Shown here: one piece after another, positions 51,425 to 59,045 of the stretch
How positions within the stretch are numbered: the first letter of the stretch is position 1
How the letters are laid out: every line of letters begins with the position of its first letter
NCBI GenBank assembly: GCA_017438525.1
Contig: JAFRVI010000023.1
Location: forward strand, 2,761-66,760
DNA length: 64,000 nt
Source of the DNA: Clostridia bacterium
GTDB lineage: Bacteria; Bacillota; Clostridia; Oscillospirales; RGIG8002
Direction: 5' to 3'
Made by a program: the position numbers and the translations under genes
Notes under the pieces: model-generated
Databases searched by the model: none
Told to the model about the DNA's origin: nothing
Seen by the model: only the letters and a program-made list of their open reading frames with translations

Positions 51425-52777
51425 ATGAATAAGATGAAGCGCCGGACGCTCGTCCGCATTATCAGCTACGCTTCCGCGGCGTTGTTGGTCGCGGTCGGTT
51501 TCGCGGTCTCCGGATATTCGCTCGCGTGGGACTACCGCGAACAGCTCGAGAACGGCTACCGCCGCGCGCTGACAGACCTTTCCTCCAGCGTCAGCAGTAT
51601 GGATACGCTGCTGCAGAAGAGCAAATACGCCTCCACGCCGGCGATGCTCGGCACGATCGCCTCCGGCATATGGCGCGACGCGGGTGCGGCGAAGGCGAAC
51701 CTCGGTATGCTTCCGGTCACGGAGGCCTCGCTCGACAACGTAAATAAGTTTCTGTCGCAGGCGGGGGAATACGCGCTTTACGTTTCCGAACGCGTCGCCG
51801 CGGGCGAAAGGATGACCGCCGAGGAAACGGCGGCGCTTGCGCGGCTTTCAGAGCTCGCGTCGAAGGTCAACGCCGGACTTAACGAGCTCGTCGCCTCCGT
51901 CTCGGACAAGACCGTGATGCTGACCGAGGTGAGTAAAAAGGCCAACGGCTTCCTCGCCGGCATAAACAACGACGGGATCGCGATCTCCGGCGGCTTCGCG
52001 GACGTCGAGAACGGCTTCGAGAACTACCCGACGCTGATCTACGACGGCCCTTACTCCGACTTCGCGCTTAACAAGGAGAGCGCGATGCTGAAGCGCGAGA
52101 CCGAGGTAACGCCCGAGCGCGCGAAAAAGCTCGCCGCCTCCGCGATGGGAGCCGACGTTTCCGCCGTGACCGCCGGCGGCGAGAATACCGGCAAACTGCC
52201 GGCGTACTACTTCTACTGCGGCGAGAAGTCCGCGGAGATCACGAAAGCCGGCGGGCACCTGCTTACGATGACGGACGGCGCGGAGCCGCAGGAGGAGCGC
52301 CTTACCGTTGAAGCGGCTACCGCCGCGGCGTCCGCGTTCCTCGATAAGTTTGGCTACGGGGATATGACGAGCACCTACTACGTCGTCGAATACGGCGTCT
52401 GCACGATGAACTTCGCATACGAAAGCGGCGGCGTGATCTGCTATCCCGACCTGATAAAAGTCGGCGTCTCCATGGCGGACGGCAGCGTCGTGACCTTCGA
52501 CGCGCGCGCCTATATCACGAACCACGTCGCCCGCGACCTGCCGGAGCCGAAGACGACCGCCGCGGAGGCGAGGGCGAAGCTGCGCGAGGGCCTGTCCGCG
52601 CTGAAGGAACGCCTCGCGGTGATCCCCACCGACGGCGGCGGTGAAAAATACTGCCGCGAAATACTCTGCAAAGCCGCGGACGGCACGGAGGTCCTCGAAT
52701 ACTTCAACGCCGACAGTCTCCTGGAGGAGGACGTTTTGATACTTCTTCACGAGGATAACGGCGTGCTGACGGTATAA
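51425..52777 (+). CDS. ypeB: Germination protein YpeB
   Basis: N-terminal TM. Conserved YpeB N-region (WDYREQLENGYRRALTDLSSSV..LQKS.Y) and C-terminal PepSY-like repeats. Confidence 0.75.
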   Translation: MNKMKRRTLVRIISYASAALLVAVGFAVSGYSLAWDYREQLENGYRRALTDLSSSVSSMDTLLQKSKYASTPAMLGTIASGIWRDAGAAKANLGMLPVTEASLDNVNKFLSQAGEYALYVSERVAAGERMTAEETAALARLSELASKVNAGLNELVASVSDKTVMLTEVSKKANGFLAGINNDGIAISGGFADVENGFENYPTLIYDGPYSDFALNKESAMLKRETEVTPERAKKLAASAMGADVSAVTAGGENTGKLPAYYFYCGEKSAEITKAGGHLLTMTDGAEPQEERLTVEAATAAASAFLDKFGYGDMTSTYYVVEYGVCTMNFAYESGGVICYPDLIKVGVSMADGSVVTFDARAYITNHVARDLPEPKTTAAEARAKLREGLSALKERLAVIPTDGGGEKYCREILCKAADGTEVLEYFNADSLLEEDVLILLHEDNGVLTV

Positions 52778-52937
52778 AGCCGAGGGGAGCGCTGCCTTCG
52801 TCCGCGAAGAGCAGGTAGCCGAGCGCGAAGACCGTGCCGCTTTCGTCGCCCGAGCGCAAAAGTATGAAAATGAGTATCAGCAGCAGGTATGTGTCGAGGT
52901 TGTCTGCGCCGCCGAGCAGCGCGGAAAGACCGTTCAA
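52704..52937 (-). CDS. Possible small membrane protein (TTG start overlapping the upstream TGA); overlaps the ypeB 3' end
   Basis: The N-terminal 45 aa are hydrophobic. The C-terminal part looks like a high-GC read-on. Weak call. Confidence 0.3.
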   Translation of the reverse strand: MNGLSALLGGADNLDTYLLLILIFILLRSGDESGTVFALGYLLFADEGSAPLGFIPSARRYPREEVSKRPPPGDCRR

Positions 52938-53266
52938 AGCAGTCCCTCCTTTTTGATGTAGGGGATGAGCCGCGCCATACGCATGACTGAGAGCGCGTCG
53001 TTGAACTTCGCCTGCCGCCGCGGATTGAGATACGGCTTTATAGCGTAAAGCAGGGAAGAGCCGCCTCCGTCGCCGCCGAGCTGCCCTGCGATACGCATAA
53101 TGCGGGAGAGCTTATCCGGATCTATTCCGGGCTCTCCCGTTTCGCTTTCGGGCGCGGCGGAGCCGCCGCTGCCGCCGGAGCGGAACGCGGCCGCCATTTC
53201 CGTTATCTCGCGCATCGCCTGCGGATCGTTCAGTATGCGGGCGAGCTTGTCGTCGAATTCGCTCAT
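52934..53266 (-). CDS. Hypothetical protein (110 aa)
   Basis: ATGA-coupled to the upstream 68-aa ORF. Has a Gly-rich linker. No family recognised. Confidence 0.55.
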   Translation of the reverse strand: MSEFDDKLARILNDPQAMREITEMAAAFRSGGSGGSAAPESETGEPGIDPDKLSRIMRIAGQLGGDGGGSSLLYAIKPYLNPRRQAKFNDALSVMRMARLIPYIKKEGLL

Positions 53267-53469
53267 TTACCGTCTCCGTCCCTGCGCCCGATTATCCTGC
53301 GGAACTCCGGATCGGAGAATAACTCCCTGACGCTTCCGGCCTTAGCGGCGCATTTCTTTATCGCCTCGATCTCGGCTTCGGAGAAGGAAGAGGCGAGCGC
53401 CTTCGCCTTCTCGGCGGCCGCCGCTTTGTCGCTGTCGCCGATCGAATCGGCATAGTCTTTTATGTCCAT
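53263..53469 (-). CDS. Hypothetical protein (68 aa)
   Basis: SD GGAGGTG 8 nt upstream on the minus strand. Confidence 0.55.
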   Translation of the reverse strand: MDIKDYADSIGDSDKAAAAEKAKALASSFSEAEIEAIKKCAAKAGSVRELFSDPEFRRIIGRRDGDGK

Positions 53470-53530
53470 AATCGCACCTCCATTGGCATTTTATGCTAAA
53501 GGATCCGGGAATACCACGCCGCAGACAAGA

Positions 53531-53570
53531 ATAAAAGAAGAATCCCGCCGATTTCACAGCGGGATTCTTC
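53531..53570 (-). terminator. Terminator of the 53604-54500 gene (minus strand)
   Basis: 12-bp stem GAAGAATCCCGC / GCGGGATTCTTC with a T-run on the minus strand. Confidence 0.7.
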
Positions 53571-53603
53571 GACGCAAACCGTATGGAGTCCACATATTGT
53601 CAT

Positions 53604-54500
53604 TTACCAACGGAATTTCTTTGCAATAACAACACCGTCAACGCTGATATAATTACCGCGGCCTACGCCATAACCGGCTTCGTAGCGATGACCGTCGAGC
53701 TTCGCGTACATCTCGTAGGGAAACTGAACCTTTGAAACAAGAGCGTACTCAGCGTAAACCGCTCCGTCAATCACGAGCTCCTCTCTCGAGCGCGCGACCT
53801 TTCTGAATATTACTTCGTGTCCGAAGACGTTTTCTTTTAAATACTCACGGACTTTTTCGTCCGTCAGCGCGGAACGTATAGGCGTCGACGTTTCCGGCTC
53901 GTCGCTCGCTTCACCTTGCGGATTCGTATTCCTGCTTTCGGCATTCATAAGGGCCTGTTTGGCTTTGACGCCTTTCACCGACGTTATAATGGTTCCTATC
54001 GAACCGATCAAAGCGAAACCCAGACCAAGCAGCAAATCCTTAATATAAGCCGCCGCGATTTCCGGTTCCTTCAGGAAAGTCGGAACCGCTTTTATGCTCT
54101 CGGAAAAAGACAGAGTAAAGTCGATCTCGCCTTCCTTATACCACGCCTGATACGCGTCATATACGTCCTTTCCCAGACACAGATACCACGCAAGCACCAG
54201 GACTGCGAAAGCGATGATCGAAGCGATTATTATCCCCTTTATGCTTTCTTTTTTTGCAAACAGTTTGTAACCTTTGATCGCCAGAACAACGCCTATCAAT
54301 CCGGACACCGCCGCGATAATACCTGCGAGATAAAACAAAAACCACGCAAGTCCGCCGGCAAGAGAAAACAGAAAGGCGCCAACAATTCCGGCAATCACGT
54401 TTTCTTTGTTAGATAGGTCGTTCTGATCGCCGGTAATCATATTATTGATATCTGTTCGGTTTTGACGTAGCATAATATGTAACCATCTCCAAAGTTCCAT
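53604..54500 (-). CDS. Membrane protein (about 4 TM plus a C-terminal soluble domain), lower GC than surroundings; start uncertain (54440 possible)
   Basis: Hydrophobic helices in the N-terminal two thirds. No family recognised. Confidence 0.55.
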   Translation of the reverse strand: MELWRWLHIMLRQNRTDINNMITGDQNDLSNKENVIAGIVGAFLFSLAGGLAWFLFYLAGIIAAVSGLIGVVLAIKGYKLFAKKESIKGIIIASIIAFAVLVLAWYLCLGKDVYDAYQAWYKEGEIDFTLSFSESIKAVPTFLKEPEIAAAYIKDLLLGLGFALIGSIGTIITSVKGVKAKQALMNAESRNTNPQGEASDEPETSTPIRSALTDEKVREYLKENVFGHEVIFRKVARSREELVIDGAVYAEYALVSKVQFPYEMYAKLDGHRYEAGYGVGRGNYISVDGVVIAKKFRW

Positions 54501-54657
54501 ATTTGTTAATTATTATAGCAGTTTTTCAAAACGAATGCAAGAGTTAAAAACATGCCGTTCGCCTGTATAGTTCTTATTATTAAAGGAGGCAGAAGCGCTT
54601 GTCAAAAGGGCTTTCCGGGACTTCGCAAAAAAAATTGCGATTTTCTGAAATTTGTTC

Positions 54658-54686
54658 TTGACATCGGGGGAGTGTTGTAATATAAT
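54658..54686 (+). promoter_or_regulatory. tRNA operon promoter (TTGACA-17-TATAAT)
   Basis: Perfect consensus hexamers read directly. Confidence 0.7.
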
Positions 54687-54731
54687 AGTCAAGCGGCACG
54701 AAAAAAAGGCGGTTTCCGCCTGTGCGATCGC

Positions 54732-54807
54732 GGGAGCATAGCTCAGCTGGGAGAGCACTTGCCTTACAAGCAAGGGGTCACAGGTTCGAGCCCTGTTGTT
54801 CCCACCA
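54732..54807 (+). tRNA. tRNA-Val (TAC)
   Basis: Manual cloverleaf. Anticodon loop CTTACAA, T-loop TTCGAGC, CCA encoded. Confidence 0.85.
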
Positions 54808-54870
54808 GAAATTATGTTGTTGAACCGTTCCGCGATCGGCGTGATCGTAGCCGTTGACAACAGGTAATAC

Positions 54871-54947
54871 GGCGCTGTAGTTCAGCTGGTTAGAACGCTA
54901 GCCTGTCACGCTAGAGGTCACGGGTTCGAGTCCCGTCAGCGTCGCCA
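54871..54947 (+). tRNA. tRNA-Asp (GTC)
   Basis: Manual cloverleaf. Anticodon loop CTGTCAC, CCA encoded. Confidence 0.85.
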
Positions 54948-54952
54948 CATTT

Positions 54953-55028
<76 letters not shown>

Positions 55029-55064
55029 CCTATACCGATTCATTTCGTGGACATATTCATATCT

Positions 55065-55140
55065 GCGGATTTAGCTCATCCGGTAGAGCGCCACCTTGCC
55101 AAGGTGGAGGTAGCGAGTTCGAGTCTCGTAATCCGCTCCA
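55065..55140 (+). tRNA. tRNA-Gly (GCC)
   Basis: Manual cloverleaf. Anticodon loop TTGCCAA, CCA encoded. Confidence 0.85.
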
Positions 55141-55143
55141 AGG

Positions 55144-55178
55144 ACGCTTAAATATTTCGGTATTTAAGCGTTTTGTTT
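55144..55178 (+). terminator. Terminator after tRNA-Gly
   Basis: ACGCTTAAATA-N6-TATTTAAGCGT followed by TTTTGTTT. Confidence 0.75.
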
Positions 55179-55197
55179 CGGGAGATTCCCGAGACGC

Positions 55198-55271
55198 GGC
55201 ACCATAGCCAAGTGGTAAGGCAGAGGCCTGCAAAGCCTTTACCCCCAGTTCGAGTCTGGGTGGTGCCTCCA
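55198..55271 (+). tRNA. tRNA-Cys (GCA)
   Basis: Manual cloverleaf. Anticodon loop CTGCAAA, CCA encoded, 74 nt. Confidence 0.8.
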
Positions 55272-55272
55272 T

Positions 55273-55306
55273 GCAAAAGGCACTTGCGGAAGCAAGTGCC
55301 TTTTGC
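55273..55306 (+). other. Perfect 15-bp hairpin directly after tRNA-Cys
   Basis: GCAAAAGGCACTTGC-GGAA-GCAAGTGCCTTTTGC. Confidence 0.7.
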
Positions 55307-55307
55307 A

Positions 55308-55479
55308 ATGATATCCGTTCCTTGCGGAACGGATGATATATGCTCCGCATATGATATCCGCTTGCGCGGATGATATACGCCTGCGGCGTATTAAGGAACG
55401 GATATTATATCATGTTTGCGCCGGCGCAAACATATCATACGGCGAAGCCGTATATCATATCGCGTCAGCGATATATCAT
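55308..55479. repeat. Array of 4x ATGATAT then 4x ATATCAT (its reverse complement), each interval containing a different short palindromic hairpin
   Basis: Heptamers at 55308, 55333, 55351, 55370 and at 55407, 55432, 55452, 55473. The seven intervals each contain a 4-9-bp-arm palindrome. Confidence 0.85.
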
Positions 55480-55516
55480 TTATTCGCCACTATTGCTTTA
55501 CTATCGTAAGTATTCC

Positions 55517-55546
55517 TTGAAAAAATCCCGATATATCTGCTATAAT
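55517..55546 (+). promoter_or_regulatory. Promoter (TTGAAA-18-TATAAT) of the 55569 gene
   Basis: Read directly. Confidence 0.5.
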
Positions 55547-55568
55547 TATAACAAAAGAGGTGGTAACT

Positions 55569-56033
55569 ATGAAGCGGACATACGTATCCGGCAACAAGTT
55601 TTTGCTGTGGATAGGACTGATTCTCCATCTGGTTTATTATGCGCTCACCGTAACGGCTTTGTTGACTTACGGCGATCATTCGGACTACGGTCTCGGAACG
55701 TCCGGCGGACTGTGGATATACGCGATTATAGTTGCTATACCCGTGATATTGAACTATCTCACAGAGGGAGTTCTGGCGGTCATACGGCGCAGAAGCGCGT
55801 TTAATGTGATCAAACTCATCCTCGTCGTCGCGTTGGTCCCGCTTTGGATATTCTGCGGCAACGCGGGCGGAATTGTTGAATTCATAATCTGGAACGCCGT
55901 CTTCCTCGCGGCGTTCGTTATAGAGATAATCTCACTGTTCAAAACTCCCGCGCCCGAAAACTCCGCCGCGGTCGTGCAGGAGGTTTCTCAAAACTATATG
56001 TCGGATTATCAGACTGATAAAAGGGAATTGTAA
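55569..56033 (+). CDS. Small integral membrane protein (about 5 TM), lower GC
   Basis: ATG lies 8 nt after AAGAGG. Hydrophobic throughout. No family recognised. Confidence 0.55.
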   Translation: MKRTYVSGNKFLLWIGLILHLVYYALTVTALLTYGDHSDYGLGTSGGLWIYAIIVAIPVILNYLTEGVLAVIRRRSAFNVIKLILVVALVPLWIFCGNAGGIVEFIIWNAVFLAAFVIEIISLFKTPAPENSAAVVQEVSQNYMSDYQTDKREL

Positions 56034-56049
56034 AGTTTCATATAACATC

Positions 56050-56077
56050 ACAGCGCGGCAGGAGACTGCCGCGCTGT
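56050..56077 (+). terminator. Palindromic element/terminator, copy A of a 3-member family
   Basis: ACAGCGCGGCAG-GAGA-CTGCCGCGCTGT followed by TCGTTTATT. Related to the elements at 59907-59940 and 60793-60831. Confidence 0.7.
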
Positions 56078-56107
56078 TCGTTTATTATGAGAGATTTATG
56101 CTTCCTG

Positions 56108-56160
56108 TTCCTTATCATACCCCGTCAGATGCAGCGCGCGGGAGGCGACGGCGGCAGGCG
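56108..56160 (-). pseudogene. Relic 3' fragment of a Gx-transporter paralogue
   Basis: 46 of 53 nt are identical to 60847-60899, which encodes the last ~17 codons of the intact gene 60844-61356. In the relic the stop is replaced by CAG. Confidence 0.65.
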
Positions 56161-56226
56161 TTATATCATATCGCGTCGTCAGCACGGCCGAGATAAGCAA
56201 TAATTCAGGTTTTTTACAATCACATA

Positions 56227-56254
56227 TTGACATAGTAGGTTAATATGCTATAAT
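56227..56254 (+). promoter_or_regulatory. Promoter (TTGACA-16-TATAAT) of the MTHFR-like/etf operon, followed by a structured ~105-nt leader
   Basis: Read directly. The leader helix is GTCAGGTTCGTTC (56276-56288) paired with GAACGACCTGAC (56318-56329). Confidence 0.55.
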
Positions 56255-56360
56255 TTTAATTACAGATTTGTATTCGTCAGGTTCGTTCGATCGGCGCTTC
56301 GGATTCGAGCGAATGCGGAACGACCTGACAGATCACAAATGCACAGGAAGAGGAGTAGGT

Positions 56361-57170
56361 ATGTCGGAAGCATATAAAGAAGGGTATCACGTTGAAATAA
56401 TACCGCCGAAACAAGATTCCCTTAAACTCGAAGAAGACCTTGAAACGTTTGCCTCCAAGCTCGCGCGCGTCCGCGAAAGCGGATTCACCGCGTCGCTGAC
56501 GGACAACGCCATGGGGCTGCTCGCGTTTCAGGGGCACGAGTGCATAGAAGAGCTCGGGCTCGATATCGACCCGGAAAAGATACTGATCCATCTTAACACT
56601 TTTCATACGAAGCGCGATCTTGAAGAAATACTTGACGCCTGCGGGCGGCTCGGAATATTCAATCTGCTTGTCGTTTCCGGCGACGGATCGCCGCGGCTTC
56701 CGAAGCTGCTTCCGGAGGACGTTGAGGCGGAGGATACCGCGTCGGTGACGTCGGTGGAGCTGATCCGGTATATATGCAGGCATTATCCCGAATTCACCGT
56801 GGGAGCGGCGTTCAACCCGTACGAGCCGGAGGAGCACGAATTCGATAAACTGAAAAGAAAGCTGAATGCGGGAGCGAGCTTTGTAATAACCCAGCCTATA
56901 ACCGAAAAGAACGCCGTCGTAGACAAAATGCTTGAAACGTATCCGGAGCTTCCGGTGATTATCGAAGCGTGGATGTCCAAAAAGCTGTATCTGCTTTCTG
57001 ACGTCGTCGGGTATCCCATCCCGGAAGACGCCGAATTCGACCCGATCGGCACGCTGAAACGGCTCGAAGAGGATTATCCGCAATGCGGATTCTACCTGTC
57101 GCTGCTCGGTTTCAAGACGCAGTATCCGCTTATAGAGGAGGCGGCGCGGAAACGCGGCGCAGGTGCGTAA
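56361..57170 (+). CDS. Methylenetetrahydrofolate reductase-like protein (MetF family)
   Basis: HVEIIPPK, LLVVSGDGS, GAAFNPYEPE and NAGASFVITQP parallel MetF motifs (FEFFPP, ILALRGD, AAYPE, AGADF.ITQ). The start was set at the ATG after GGAAGAGGAG. Confidence 0.65.
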   Translation: MSEAYKEGYHVEIIPPKQDSLKLEEDLETFASKLARVRESGFTASLTDNAMGLLAFQGHECIEELGLDIDPEKILIHLNTFHTKRDLEEILDACGRLGIFNLLVVSGDGSPRLPKLLPEDVEAEDTASVTSVELIRYICRHYPEFTVGAAFNPYEPEEHEFDKLKRKLNAGASFVITQPITEKNAVVDKMLETYPELPVIIEAWMSKKLYLLSDVVGYPIPEDAEFDPIGTLKRLEEDYPQCGFYLSLLGFKTQYPLIEEAARKRGAGA

Positions 57171-57199
57171 AACGCGGCTCGGAAAGGAAGATAACGCCG

Positions 57200-57988
57200 A
57201 TGAAAACAGTTGTGTGCATAAAACAGGTGCCGTCCGCCGCCGACGCGAAAATCGACCCGGAAACGAAGCGTATCATACGCGAAGGCGGGAAAGCGGTGCT
57301 CAACCCGTTCGATCTCTACGCCGTAGAAGAGGCGATCCGTATAAAAGAACGCGCGGGCGGAGAAGTGATCGCGCTGTCGATGGGGCCGGAAAGCGCCGCA
57401 AACGCGCTGACGGAAGCGCTGTCGATGGGCGCCGACGACGCCGTGCTGCTTTGCGACAGAGCGTTCGCCGGATCCGATACGTGGGCGACGAGTTACGCGC
57501 TCTCGAAAGCGATAGAAAAGATCGGCGGCGTCGATCTCGTCATATGCGGCAAGCAGGCGATCGACGGCGATACGGCGCAGGTCGGTCCGGGGATCGCGTC
57601 GAAACTCGGCATGATGCAGGCCGCAAACGTGTTCTGCGTCGATGACGTTTCGGCGGAGTGCGTGACGGTGAAGCGGATGAATGAGCGCGGATACGACGTG
57701 CTCCGCCTCAAGCTTCCGGCGCTTATAACTGTCGTGAAGGATATCAACTTTCCGAGGATTCCGACGCTCAAAAACGCCAGGGCAGCCAGAAGGAAAGAAA
57801 TACCGCTTCTGAAACCTGCGGATATCGGCGCCGATCCGGATAAGCTGGGGCTTGCCGCGTCTCCGACACGGGTGGTGAAGACCGCTCCTCCGGCGGTCAG
57901 AGAAGGCGAGACGCTGAATATCGCGGGCGACCCGAAGGACGCTGCCGCCGCGCTCGTGACCGAACTGTGCGGGCGGGGACTTCTGTGA
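57200..57988 (+). CDS. etfB: Electron transfer flavoprotein beta subunit
   Basis: MKTVVCIKQVPS...LNPFDLYAVEEAIRIKE...AIDGDTAQVGP. Confidence 0.9.
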   Translation: MKTVVCIKQVPSAADAKIDPETKRIIREGGKAVLNPFDLYAVEEAIRIKERAGGEVIALSMGPESAANALTEALSMGADDAVLLCDRAFAGSDTWATSYALSKAIEKIGGVDLVICGKQAIDGDTAQVGPGIASKLGMMQAANVFCVDDVSAECVTVKRMNERGYDVLRLKLPALITVVKDINFPRIPTLKNARAARRKEIPLLKPADIGADPDKLGLAASPTRVVKTAPPAVREGETLNIAGDPKDAAAALVTELCGRGLL

Positions 57989-58001
57989 GGAGGAGAAACG
58001 G

Positions 58002-59045
58002 ATGAAGCTTACGGATGAATCCGAGAGAAATAATTATAAAAACGTATGGACGCTGTCGGAAATGATCGACGGCGCGGCGCATCCGGTGTCTTACGAGCTG
58101 CTCGGCGCGGCGCGCGCTCTCGCCGAAGCGAGAGGGTGCGAAGTCTGGGCCGTTGCGCTCGGGAACGCCGTCGCGGAAGAAACGGCCGCGGAGCTTATCG
58201 CCCGCGGCGCGGACAAGGTTATAGCTATTGAAGATCCGGCTCTCGCGGCGTTCAACGACGAACTGGAATGCAATATATTAGAGCGCCTCGTGCGCGAATA
58301 CCGGCCGGAAATACTGCTCGGGGCAGCAACGACGCGCGGCCGCGCGCTTATTCCGCGCCTTGCGGGAGCGCTTTATACGGGACTTACGGCGGACTGCACG
58401 CAGCTTGAGATCGATCCCGAAACCGGCGATCTGCTTCAGACGCGCCCGGCGTTCGGCGGCAATATCATGGCGACGATCCGGAGCGGCGGCTTCCGTCCGC
58501 AGATGGCTACCGTGCGGCCGAAGGTGATGAAGGCGCTCCGGTCCGATCCTGACAGACGCGGTACGGTGCTGAGAGAAAACCTCGAAGAGTCGGATTTTCG
58601 CGGCGCGAAGGAAGTGCTTGAATCCGTCAAAACGTATGATAACGCCGTCAATATAAGCGACGCGCGCATAATAGTCGCCGGCGGGCGGGCGATGAACGGA
58701 CCGGACGGCTTCAAGTTTCTGGAGCGCCTCGCGGAGAAGCTGGGCGGCGCCGTGGCGGCGAGCAGGGCAGCGGTTGACAACGGTTGGATCGCATATCCGC
58801 ATCAGGTCGGTCAGACCGGGCAGACCGTTCAGGCCGATCTGTATATTGCCTGCGGCATCTCCGGCCAGATACAGCACCTCGTCGGTATACAATCCTGCAA
58901 AACCATAGTGGCGATCGACGTTGACGATACTACGCCGATGATGAAACTTGCCGATATAGCGATAAAAGGGGATCTGTTTGAGGTGGTCCCCGAAATAATA
59001 AATGAACTCGATAAAAGGAGAGCGGACAATGCTGATCATAGGTGA
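58002..59045 (+). CDS. etfA: Electron transfer flavoprotein alpha subunit
   Basis: C-terminal FAD-binding motif GGRAM...ASRAAVDNGW..HQVGQTGQTV.ADLYIACGISGQIQH. Confidence 0.9.
   Translation: MKLTDESERNNYKNVWTLSEMIDGAAHPVSYELLGAARALAEARGCEVWAVALGNAVAEETAAELIARGADKVIAIEDPALAAFNDELECNILERLVREYRPEILLGAATTRGRALIPRLAGALYTGLTADCTQLEIDPETGDLLQTRPAFGGNIMATIRSGGFRPQMATVRPKVMKALRSDPDRRGTVLRENLEESDFRGAKEVLESVKTYDNAVNISDARIIVAGGRAMNGPDGFKFLERLAEKLGGAVAASRAAVDNGWIAYPHQVGQTGQTVQADLYIACGISGQIQHLVGIQSCKTIVAIDVDDTTPMMKLADIAIKGDLFEVVPEIINELDKRRADNADHR

Noticed and set aside
55308-55479. Possible CRISPR array.
   Set aside because: The repeat unit is only 7 nt. The intervals are 11-30 nt and each contains its own palindrome. 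The repeat orientation flips mid-array. No cas genes are nearby.
55370-55804. 144-aa ORF across the heptamer/hairpin array.
   Set aside because: It is produced by the AT-rich repeat array and has an implausible Tyr/Ile-rich product. The downstream gene has its own promoter, SD and ATG at 55569.
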